IMG/VR virus record: IMGVR_UViG_3300031519_000098
Location: 1-34,952 of that record
Length of the DNA: 34,952 bases
Origin: a virus
Taxonomy: Duplodnaviria; Caudoviricetes
Direction: 5' to 3' (one strand)
The first letter of the stretch is position 1, and every line of letters starts with the position of its first letter. Below the pieces are notes generated by a model that was given only the letters and a program-made list of their open reading frames with translations, ran no database searches and was not told the origin of the DNA. The position numbers and the translations under genes were made by a program. Positions 27,647 to 34,334 of the stretch are shown here, one piece after another.

Positions 27647-28005
27647 TGGCAGCTCCTAACCTCAAAAGCCCTACAACCATTACGGGCAAAACTGCACGTT
27701 ATGCAGTGACCACCACAATTGGGGCGGCACTATCTAACGCTGCTGCAAGCAACAAAGTTTTAAAGGTCAACAGTATTTTTTGTTCTAATGTTGACGGAGT
27801 AAACACAGCCGACATCAGCGTAAGCATCTATGACGGTAGCACTGATAGATACCTAGCCAAGACCATTACAGTACCAGCTGATGCAACCCAACTGATAAGC
27901 ACAAAAGACACTTATTTCTATCTAGAGGAAGGCGATAGTCTTAGAGCGTTAGCTAGTGCAGCAAGTGACTTGGAACTTGTTATCGGTTACGAGGATATTT
28001 CTTAA
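27646..28005 (+). CDS. Virion structural protein (beta-sandwich, fibre-tip module)
   Basis: TAATG-coupled both sides; VNSIFCSNVDG...YLEEGDSLRA pattern. Confidence 0.6.
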   Translation: MAAPNLKSPTTITGKTARYAVTTTIGAALSNAAASNKVLKVNSIFCSNVDGVNTADISVSIYDGSTDRYLAKTITVPADATQLISTKDTYFYLEEGDSLRALASAASDLELVIGYEDIS

Positions 28006-29516
28006 TGCTGGGCTTTAATGGTGGCAGGCTGGGGTCTAAGAATGTCATCGAGCAAAACGGAATAGTCAGTCCCAGTTCTGATCCTAATTACGACGACGTT
28101 GGCTTAATCTTAAACGGCGGCGATTTTATTGATGGTAGTAAATATGCCGCTACTGTGACTTCCACAGGAGTCGATCTTGACGCTTCTAACACAAACTTTG
28201 GTAATGCCTCTTATTCTGTCCTTGATGGTGACGTATTCAGCGTCCCTGATCAAGGACAATTTGACCTAAGCACCAACGATTTTACGATTGAAGGGTGGGT
28301 ATATCGATATAGCTCACAAAGCAATAGCTCATTTAGAACTATTTTTCAAAAAAGAAGAGGATCAGGAGGTGCTGTCAATTATATCTTTTTCGGCCTTTAT
28401 TTAAACAACAGATTCTATATCTACATAACCTCAAATGGATCGTCTTGGGACATAGCAAATGGCGTGAATACAGGCGTTGCGCTTGGGGCAGATACCTGGA
28501 CGCATTATGCAGTTTGCAGGCAAGGCTCTAGCATTAGAGTATTTATTGGAGGCACTTTAGCTACAACGATTACATCAAGTGCCGCAATAAGCAACGATAC
28601 TACAGCGCCTTTTCAAATTGGCACTGACGGCAGCACTAATGCTTTTGACGGGGGTCGGCTTGCAGGAATTAGAGCCACAAATGGCACCGCAAGATACACC
28701 GCTAACTTCACACCACCAACAACCATATTTGACACAGAAGTTCTTGGGTTCAGAGCCTCGGGAATGTGGACGATACCCGAGGTAAGCCGCCTAAGACGCC
28801 TTGAGGCGTGGCCTGGTAGTAGCCCTATAGTTACAAGCGGGTTAACTCTTAATGTAGACGCAGGTAATACTCTTTCTTATTCTGGTAGTGGATCAACTTG
28901 GACTGATTTAAGTGGCAGCGGAAATAACATAACATTAGTTAACGAACCTACCTTTTTTAGTAATAATGATGGGTATATCAATTTTGATGGAGTAAACGAT
29001 TATGGATACAGCCCTGCATACACGGCAGACAGTAGGTCATACACAGTTGAGGTGTGGTTTAGGTCTTCCGTAGCAAGTGGTAAATCTTTAATCGCTGCTA
29101 ACAATGTTGCAACAGGAGCCGTATCTAACTATGACAGAATGATATACATGGGTACTGATGGCAAATTACGTTTCGGTCATTACGACGGCAATGTAGAAGT
29201 CACAACTGATACGATCACAACTAATGACAACAACTGGCATCATGCTGTAGGAACTTGGGATGGCTCAAGTTTGAAACTGTACAGAGACAATAATCTGGTC
29301 AGTACAAACAGTGCAGCCAATGCATCTACTGATAATGGCACAAGGTATTGGATTGTTGCGGGTAGAAGAACTGTTAGTTGGCCGTCCGGCAGCTCATTGG
29401 CAGTACACTACACCCCTGCTGATATTCCCATCGTCAGGGTCTACTGGGGAACAGCATTAACAGCATCAGAAGTCCAACAAAACTACAATGCAGTAAAAGG
29501 GAGATACGGACTGTAA
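28005..29516 (+). CDS. Tandem LamG-like domain protein
   Basis: Domain 1 DFTIEGWVY...WTHYAVCRQG...ARYTANFTPP; domain 2 GLTLNVDAG...WHHAVGTWDG...RYGL. Confidence 0.8.
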   Translation: MLGFNGGRLGSKNVIEQNGIVSPSSDPNYDDVGLILNGGDFIDGSKYAATVTSTGVDLDASNTNFGNASYSVLDGDVFSVPDQGQFDLSTNDFTIEGWVYRYSSQSNSSFRTIFQKRRGSGGAVNYIFFGLYLNNRFYIYITSNGSSWDIANGVNTGVALGADTWTHYAVCRQGSSIRVFIGGTLATTITSSAAISNDTTAPFQIGTDGSTNAFDGGRLAGIRATNGTARYTANFTPPTTIFDTEVLGFRASGMWTIPEVSRLRRLEAWPGSSPIVTSGLTLNVDAGNTLSYSGSGSTWTDLSGSGNNITLVNEPTFFSNNDGYINFDGVNDYGYSPAYTADSRSYTVEVWFRSSVASGKSLIAANNVATGAVSNYDRMIYMGTDGKLRFGHYDGNVEVTTDTITTNDNNWHHAVGTWDGSSLKLYRDNNLVSTNSAANASTDNGTRYWIVAGRRTVSWPSGSSLAVHYTPADIPIVRVYWGTALTASEVQQNYNAVKGRYGL

Positions 29517-30253
29517 TGGCTAACTATAACGGCGGCACGATTGGCAGGGTTAACGAACCACTGGGCACCACCTCTGGTTCTTACACCCTGCGCGAGCAAT
29601 CTCTTTATAAGCGCACAGGATCCTGGGTGCGAAATCTCGTGACTTCTGGTTTGGTCCTTAATTTAGACGCAGGAGACACAACTTCTTACCCTGGCAGTGG
29701 AATAATTTGGACTGATTTAAGCGATAGCAGCAATAATGCGACTCTAAATAACGGGCCAACATTTGACAGTGCAAACGGCGGCTCTATTGTAACCGATGGA
29801 TCTAATGATTTTATACTAACATCATCAGATATATTTAACCCCAATTCAAACTTTAGTGTATCGTTTTTTGTTAAAAGGATCGGCAGCGGCGGAAGTCTTA
29901 TATCGAACACCGCCACTGGATCTTTTCAAATACAGCTTGGCACTGGATTAAATGTTGTAGATTCTTTTGTTCTGAATATGGGATCTTTTTCTAACGTCAC
30001 AGTAGTGAACACTTGGTATAACCTTTGCTTGGTGAGATCTGGAAACACTTACACTCTCTACAGGAACGGCTCTGTATTCGGTAGTTTTTCTTCTGCTAAC
30101 GCGTTTACCAGGGGGCCAAATGTTTTTGGCAAGAATGCAAACGTTGAGTTTTGGAACGGCCATTACGGAGTGATCCTTTGCTACGACAAAGCCCTAACAG
30201 CATCAGAAGTCACACAAAACTATAATGAGTATAAAGGGAGGTACGGATTATGA
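29516..30253 (+). CDS. LamG-like domain protein
   Basis: GLVLNLDAG...WTDLS...WYNLCLVR...YDKALT...RYGL. Confidence 0.8.
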   Translation: MANYNGGTIGRVNEPLGTTSGSYTLREQSLYKRTGSWVRNLVTSGLVLNLDAGDTTSYPGSGIIWTDLSDSSNNATLNNGPTFDSANGGSIVTDGSNDFILTSSDIFNPNSNFSVSFFVKRIGSGGSLISNTATGSFQIQLGTGLNVVDSFVLNMGSFSNVTVVNTWYNLCLVRSGNTYTLYRNGSVFGSFSSANAFTRGPNVFGKNANVEFWNGHYGVILCYDKALTASEVTQNYNEYKGRYGL

Positions 30254-30618
30254 TTCTTTACTCATTTAAAGGTCAAGAGCCCGAGCCTTTGCCTCATCGA
30301 ATTAATCTCCCTAACGGTTTCACTCGTACAGACTCCAGCACGTTTACGGATCTAGAAATCAGCGAGGCAGGTTTCTCTGGTCCGTATTCGCTGCCAGATT
30401 TTGATCCACAGACTCAGCAGGTGATCTGGGTTGACGGAGACTATGAGGTTATTGAAAGACCCCCTGAACCTGAACCAGAGCCCGAACCAGAGCCGTTAGA
30501 CCTAGATGTCGCAGCTCAGTTAATGATCGATGCAGCCGCTAGTAATGACAAGGAAACACTTTCACTAATTTTGCAGCAACTTCTTGAAGCAGCAAAACGG
30601 CCCAGTCAAGAACTTTAG
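30250..30618 (+). CDS. Putative fibre assembly/accessory protein with (PE)n linker
   Basis: Last gene of the fibre block; PEPEPEPEPEP at 30463-30495. Confidence 0.5.
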   Translation: MILYSFKGQEPEPLPHRINLPNGFTRTDSSTFTDLEISEAGFSGPYSLPDFDPQTQQVIWVDGDYEVIERPPEPEPEPEPEPLDLDVAAQLMIDAAASNDKETLSLILQQLLEAAKRPSQEL

Positions 30619-30619
30619 T

Positions 30620-30625
30620 TAAAAT
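30620..30625 (+). promoter_or_regulatory. Putative -10 element (TAAAAT)
   Basis: Intergenic, 28 nt before GTG 30654. Confidence 0.4.
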
Positions 30626-30653
30626 ACAGAGAGCAAAACGTGCTTAGCTAGCA

Positions 30654-30929
30654 GTGATCGAAATTTATGCCGCGATCCTGGGGGCGTCTATTGGTATTGC
30701 CGGAATGAGTATATCTGGTTTTAGCAGACGTACCTCCGAGTCCCGCGAAGCCGTTATACGTTTGTCGGCTGGGCTTGAATCGATTGCAACCAAGTTGGAA
30801 GATCTGCACCAAGACATGAAGGCGGAAAAAGTCCAAGCTAACATGGACCGAAAAGAAATTTACGAGCGTCTAAATCAGCACGGCAACCGAATAACTGTTT
30901 TGGAAAGCACTAAGGTTAGAATCGACTAG
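30654..30929 (+). CDS. Membrane-anchored coiled-coil protein of the lysis cassette
   Basis: N-terminal hydrophobic helix then heptad-like region ending RITVLE; upstream of endolysin. Confidence 0.6.
   Translation: MIEIYAAILGASIGIAGMSISGFSRRTSESREAVIRLSAGLESIATKLEDLHQDMKAEKVQANMDRKEIYERLNQHGNRITVLESTKVRID
30917..30922 (+). promoter_or_regulatory. Putative -10 element (TAGAAT)
   Basis: 24 nt before ATG 30947. Confidence 0.4.
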
Positions 30930-30946
30930 GAATAAAGGTATCTCCA

Positions 30947-31096
30947 ATGGGCATCGAAGAAATCTTGGCATCTCCAATCACATGGATCGTGATTGCAGCC
31001 GCTTCTGAGGTTATTGCGCTATCACCATTGCGCGATAACAGCTTGATACAGCTTATCTTTCATGCACTAAGGGCGCTGAAAGGAAAAAAGAGCTGA
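30947..31096 (+). CDS. 49-aa holin-like protein (not in ORF track)
   Basis: MGIEEILASPITWIVIAAASEVIALSPLRDNSLIQLIFHALRALKGKKS: hydrophobic helix, amphipathic helix, basic tail; upstream of endolysin. Confidence 0.7.
   Translation: MGIEEILASPITWIVIAAASEVIALSPLRDNSLIQLIFHALRALKGKKS
31084..31090 (+). other. Candidate -1 frameshift site A AAA AAG
   Basis: Canonical bacterial slippery heptamer in phase (GGA AAA AAG), one sense codon before the stop. Confidence 0.65.
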
Positions 31097-31314
31097 TCCC
31101 TGCTGATGGGAGGTGGCTTTTTAGATTTTCAACGCGATCTCCTCTTGAAGGATTGAAGCGCGAAATTCAACGTCGCAAATTCGAGGCAACTCTAAAGCCT
31201 CGAATCGACGCTGAGGTTGAACGCTGGCATAAGTCGCAACCGCCAGCAATGCCACCGCCTGAGCGGATAGGCGACCTACACATAAAATCACCGTGGAGCA
31301 ATGACGAACAGTAA
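31084..31314 (+). CDS. -1 frame extension of the holin-like gene (fusion ~122 aa)
   Basis: Frame open 31039-31314 with no ATG/GTG before 31249; fills the gap to the endolysin and overlaps its start. Confidence 0.6.
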   Translation, partial: KKELIPADGRWLFRFSTRSPLEGLKREIQRRKFEATLKPRIDAEVERWHKSQPPAMPPPERIGDLHIKSPWSNDEQ

Positions 31315-32374
31315 GTCAATCTCACTTGAACAGCTCTTTAGGTACTACAAAGGCTTGCCGCACCAAGCCGCAAGCATTTCGCTTCTAGAAGAAGATCTAG
31401 TAAGTAATGGTTATGACGCAGCGATGCGACGTGACCGTGAATGGTTTGCAACTTGGAGCCAATCCGGGAAGCAATCTGATCACAAGCAAGCATTAGACCT
31501 GATTAAAAAGTTTGAAGGATGGCACGCCGAGGCATATCTGTGCCCCGCAGGGTTCTGGACGATTGGATGGGGCAATCTGTCGCATCCAGATGGTCGCCCT
31601 GTAAAGGAAGGCGACTGGATCAGAAGGAAAGAAGGCGATTCTTTGCTGGAAGGCACCGTAGACAAAATTGACGAGAAGCTTTCTCAGACCATTCCTTACT
31701 GGTCAGAAATGGCGGAGCATCAGCAGGCCGCGCTGATCAGCTTTGCCTACAACCTCGGCGCTGGGTTCATGGGCGCAGAGGGATTTGAAACAATTAGCTC
31801 GAAGCTTCGTGCGAAAGACTGGGAATCTGTTCCTGACGCGATGCTGCTCTATCGAAACCCCGGTTCTCATTTTGAGCAAGGATTACGCCGTCGAAGGCAG
31901 GCCGAGGGTAACCTTTGGAAAGGTGGCGATCAGTCACCGCCTACTGAGACTGCCAAGCTACGGCCTGGGTCTCCATTCACCAGTCGGCTGACCCCACACA
32001 TCACTCTGGGTGAGTTTGCTCTAAATCAAGAAGAGCGCAGATTCAACGAGCAACACCAGCTAGACACCGCAGCCACTCTCGCGGCATTTTTAGAGCGTGT
32101 TCGTGGCAGGTTTGGTAGCAAGCCAGTCGTAATCACGTCTGGCTACAGACCACCAGCTATAAACAGATCGGTTGGCGGTGCTAGCGGGTCAGAGCACTTG
32201 TACCCGGCACCGGGGGTTGGTGCTGTGGATTTTTATGTGCAAGGCTCTGACATTTATGAGGTACAAGAATGGTGTGACCAAAACTGGCCGCATAGTTTAG
32301 GATATGGGGCCAATAAAGGATTCGTTCATCTCGGTATGCGAGAGGGCGGCCCAAGAATACGCTGGGACTACTAA
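31301..32374 (+). CDS. Endolysin: N-terminal domain + GH24 lysozyme + peptidase M15 domain
   Basis: IKKFEG-WHAEAYL-C-PAGFW-TIGWG (E-x8-C-x5-T), ALISFAYNLG, GLRRRRQAE; ITSGYR...SEH...AVDF...GFVH. Confidence 0.9.
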   Translation: MTNSKSISLEQLFRYYKGLPHQAASISLLEEDLVSNGYDAAMRRDREWFATWSQSGKQSDHKQALDLIKKFEGWHAEAYLCPAGFWTIGWGNLSHPDGRPVKEGDWIRRKEGDSLLEGTVDKIDEKLSQTIPYWSEMAEHQQAALISFAYNLGAGFMGAEGFETISSKLRAKDWESVPDAMLLYRNPGSHFEQGLRRRRQAEGNLWKGGDQSPPTETAKLRPGSPFTSRLTPHITLGEFALNQEERRFNEQHQLDTAATLAAFLERVRGRFGSKPVVITSGYRPPAINRSVGGASGSEHLYPAPGVGAVDFYVQGSDIYEVQEWCDQNWPHSLGYGANKGFVHLGMREGGPRIRWDY

Positions 32375-32376
32375 AA

Positions 32377-32895
32377 ATGACTGTGCTTTGCGACTGGGAA
32401 ATTAAATCGCTTTGCTATGGCGGAGCAATGGAAGACTGGTCAGAAGATCTAATCAACCCGGCCTCGCTTGACGTGAGGCTTGGCAGCGGGCTGATGATTG
32501 AAGTCGCTGGGCAAAAAGACCTGCTCCATGTTGACATCTCGAACAGAACTGAAAAGAACCCTTATCGATTGACGCCAGGTGAGTTTGTCTTGGCTGAGAC
32601 GCATGAAACGTTTAAAAAAATACCTGATCATGTTTGCGCTCAGTTTGCATTGAAGTCAAGCAGGGCTAGGGAGGGATATGAAAATTTGCTTGCCGGGTGG
32701 ATTGATCCAGGTTTCTGTAACAGTAAACTTACCCTAGAGTTGGTCAATGTAAGGCGTCATCGCGATCTTCCGCTATATCCTGGCCTGAAAATAGGGCAGA
32801 TAATCTTTATGAGGATGAGCGAAGTTCCTTTAAACAGTTACTCAAAGACGGGTCGCTATAACGGTGATGCAACGGTCCAGGGCAGCAAAGGTTAA
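32377..32895 (+). CDS. dcd: dCTP deaminase
   Basis: INPASLDVRLG, KSSRAREG, AGWIDPGF, LTLELVN, GLKIGQIIF, GRYNG. Confidence 0.9.
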   Translation: MTVLCDWEIKSLCYGGAMEDWSEDLINPASLDVRLGSGLMIEVAGQKDLLHVDISNRTEKNPYRLTPGEFVLAETHETFKKIPDHVCAQFALKSSRAREGYENLLAGWIDPGFCNSKLTLELVNVRRHRDLPLYPGLKIGQIIFMRMSEVPLNSYSKTGRYNGDATVQGSKG

Positions 32896-32910
32896 AGCAA
32901 GCCTATTGGC

Positions 32911-32916
32911 TAGCAT
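32911..32916 (+). promoter_or_regulatory. Putative -10 element (TAGCAT)
   Basis: Intergenic; predicted start ~32923 coincides with the first hairpin. Confidence 0.4.
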
Positions 32917-32922
32917 TAGTAA

Positions 32923-33002
32923 GCCTGATGACGGCAGTAGTGGCAGCTGAGTTCAGGCAATGCAGGAGGAGCAGTCTGTGCAGAGAGTATCTGACCACAG
33001 AC
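32923..33002 (+). promoter_or_regulatory. Structured 5' leader / candidate RNA upstream of HNH gene
   Basis: Stems GCCTGA/TCAGGC (32923-28/32953-58) and GTCTGTG/CACAGAC (32974-80/32996-33002) flanking AGGAGG. Confidence 0.45.
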
Positions 33003-33005
33003 CAA

Positions 33006-33572
33006 ATGACTCATGGCAAAAATGGGTGGGTCTGCGATCCGCAAAAATGCCCCAAGCGAGTACCAGAAAATAGCATTTCCTATCAAGTAGAAAAACGCTA
33101 TTTAACTACCGCAACAATTATGTTTTTGACTTCAGCCAAGGAAGACCAAAACCCTGAAGAGTTTAGTGAAATATTTGCTTCAAGGCTGGAAGAGTTAACA
33201 GAAGAGATAATTAGTTTTGAGATGGAAGTGCTGCCTCTAAACGGAGGCTTTATTGGACATGAAATAGTAGGCTCTGAGCTTGTACCCAAAAAGACCAGCA
33301 AGCACAGGTTCAGGCGTCAAATACTTGATGAATGGGACAATAGATGTGCTTACTGCGGCCAACCCGGAGACACCTTGGATCACATCCTTGCTAGATCAAA
33401 AGGTGGCAGTATGAGCGTTGTAAACAATCTTTTGTGTTGCTGCAAGTTTTGCAATGGATCAAAAAGCGACAAGCCTTGGAAGGAATGGTTTAGAAGCCAA
33501 TCATTCTGGAGCCAAAGGCGTGAAGATCTAATTGGTTACTGGATGGAGCACGGAACCCTAGACGAAACCTAA
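33006..33572 (+). CDS. HNH endonuclease with acidic N-terminal extension (start 33006 preferred; frame open from 32928)
   Basis: CAYCG...TLDHILARSKGG...NNLLCCCKFCNGSKSDK. Confidence 0.85.
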   Translation: MTHGKNGWVCDPQKCPKRVPENSISYQVEKRYLTTATIMFLTSAKEDQNPEEFSEIFASRLEELTEEIISFEMEVLPLNGGFIGHEIVGSELVPKKTSKHRFRRQILDEWDNRCAYCGQPGDTLDHILARSKGGSMSVVNNLLCCCKFCNGSKSDKPWKEWFRSQSFWSQRREDLIGYWMEHGTLDET

Positions 33573-33811
33573 GGATTCATCATGTGATACAAATAAGTCT
33601 TTGCACGCCAAAAATCATCTGAATACCTGCAAATAGCTCCCCCCGGACTGCAAGCCCTGTAAAAAACGCCTTGCCCGTCGTCATTCAATATCTCAATGTA
33701 AAAACCATTGCCAAAATCTATCGCCCAGCTAGGGACATCAGTCGTTGATCCAAAAGGCCGAGCATTGGCTGGCAAATCTTCCGCCACTTGATTTCCCCTC
33801 GGCAAAACCAA
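33569..33811 (-). CDS. Hypothetical protein (start uncertain)
   Basis: C-terminal ~55 aa protein-like (IDFGNGFYIE...YRAC...ICRYS); last gene of minus-strand block. Confidence 0.55.
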   Translation of the reverse strand: MVLPRGNQVAEDLPANARPFGSTTDVPSWAIDFGNGFYIEILNDDGQGVFYRACSPGGAICRYSDDFWRAKTYLYHMMNP

Positions 33812-34046
33812 GACTGCATTCTGATTGTACTAACTTCCAATGCAGGCACTGCCAACAATACGGCTTCGGATTAGCAACTGCACGCAAATCAGCATAAAGT
33901 TGCTCGCCCTGCAATATTGCACTTTCAAAATTAGTCGCATTTAAAGCTATCTCAAAGGTTTCGCAGTTAGTGGTAATGGTTGCAATCCATTCTCCGCTTT
34001 TGTCGGAAATATTTAATTTGCCGGAATGAGAGCGATGACTTGTCAT
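33738..34046 (-). CDS. Hypothetical protein with Cys cluster
   Basis: CWQCLHW...CSLGFAE...C; ATGA overlap with upstream gene. Confidence 0.7.
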   Translation of the reverse strand: MTSHRSHSGKLNISDKSGEWIATITTNCETFEIALNATNFESAILQGEQLYADLRAVANPKPYCWQCLHWKLVQSECSLGFAEGKSSGGRFASQCSAFWIND

Positions 34047-34216
34047 TTGATCCGATTAATCAGGAAAGCTTTTAGCTCTTGCGCTGACGCCCGTGCGCCC
34101 GACTCAGTCTGCTCTGGGTTGCCCCAATAGACAACTTTCCCATCAAAATACCAGGGCTTGAAGTATGATTCCACCCCGTGTGCAATTAGTTTTATGCCTG
34201 TTTCGTACTTGTTCAT
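34043..34216 (-). CDS. 57-aa hypothetical protein (not in ORF track)
   Basis: MNKYETGIKLIAHGVESYFKPWYFDGKVVYWGNPEQTESGARASAQELKAFLINRIK; stop overlaps next start (ATGA). Confidence 0.7.
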   Translation of the reverse strand: MNKYETGIKLIAHGVESYFKPWYFDGKVVYWGNPEQTESGARASAQELKAFLINRIK

Positions 34217-34222
34217 GGCTTG

Positions 34223-34231
34223 TGCTAGGTT
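34223..34231 (+). promoter_or_regulatory. Putative extended -10 (TGcTAGGTT) facing the structured RNA
   Basis: TGn-TAnnnT with no + strand gene downstream. Confidence 0.4.
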
Positions 34232-34250
34232 TTGTTTTCAACTCAACCGA

Positions 34251-34332
34251 TAGGAGACCTCTTGTCCTGAGGTGTATGGGGATCGCCTGAACCAAGCCAT
34301 GCAGGCGCGAGAGCCGGTGGCATCCCCTCCTA
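34251..34332 (+). ncRNA. Candidate structured non-coding RNA (strand tentative)
   Basis: Nested stems TAGGAG/CTCCTA, ACCTC/GAGGT, GGGAT/ATCCC, CGCCTG/CAGGCG or GC-GAGA-GC tetraloop. Confidence 0.55.
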
Positions 34333-34334
34333 AT

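Noticed and set aside
29458-30253. DGR template/variable repeat pair in the similar 59-nt 3' ends of two LamG genes
   Set aside because: Mismatches are not adenine-specific, both copies are coding gene ends, and no reverse transcriptase is in the window
32925-32950. Hammerhead ribozyme (CTGATGA) or C/D-box / TIGR-like unit (TGATGA...CTGA)
   Set aside because: No GAAA after the stem for a hammerhead; K-turn geometry does not fit; no tandem array and no Nop-domain protein seen
32928-33005. N-terminal 26 codons of the HNH ORF as given in the track
   Set aside because: ATG lies only 11 nt after the putative -10 and inside a hairpin; ATG 33006 preferred, though not proven
254-33301. Numerous short minus-strand and alternate-frame ORFs inside structural genes (e.g. 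254..523, 4250..4549, 9716..10018, 26572..26889, 33098..33301)
   Set aside because: Shadow ORFs fully overlapping well-supported genes, with no recognisable motifs
34251-34332. tRNA or intrinsic terminator
   Set aside because: No cloverleaf with proper T-arm and anticodon arm on either strand; multibranch fold without an adjacent U-tract
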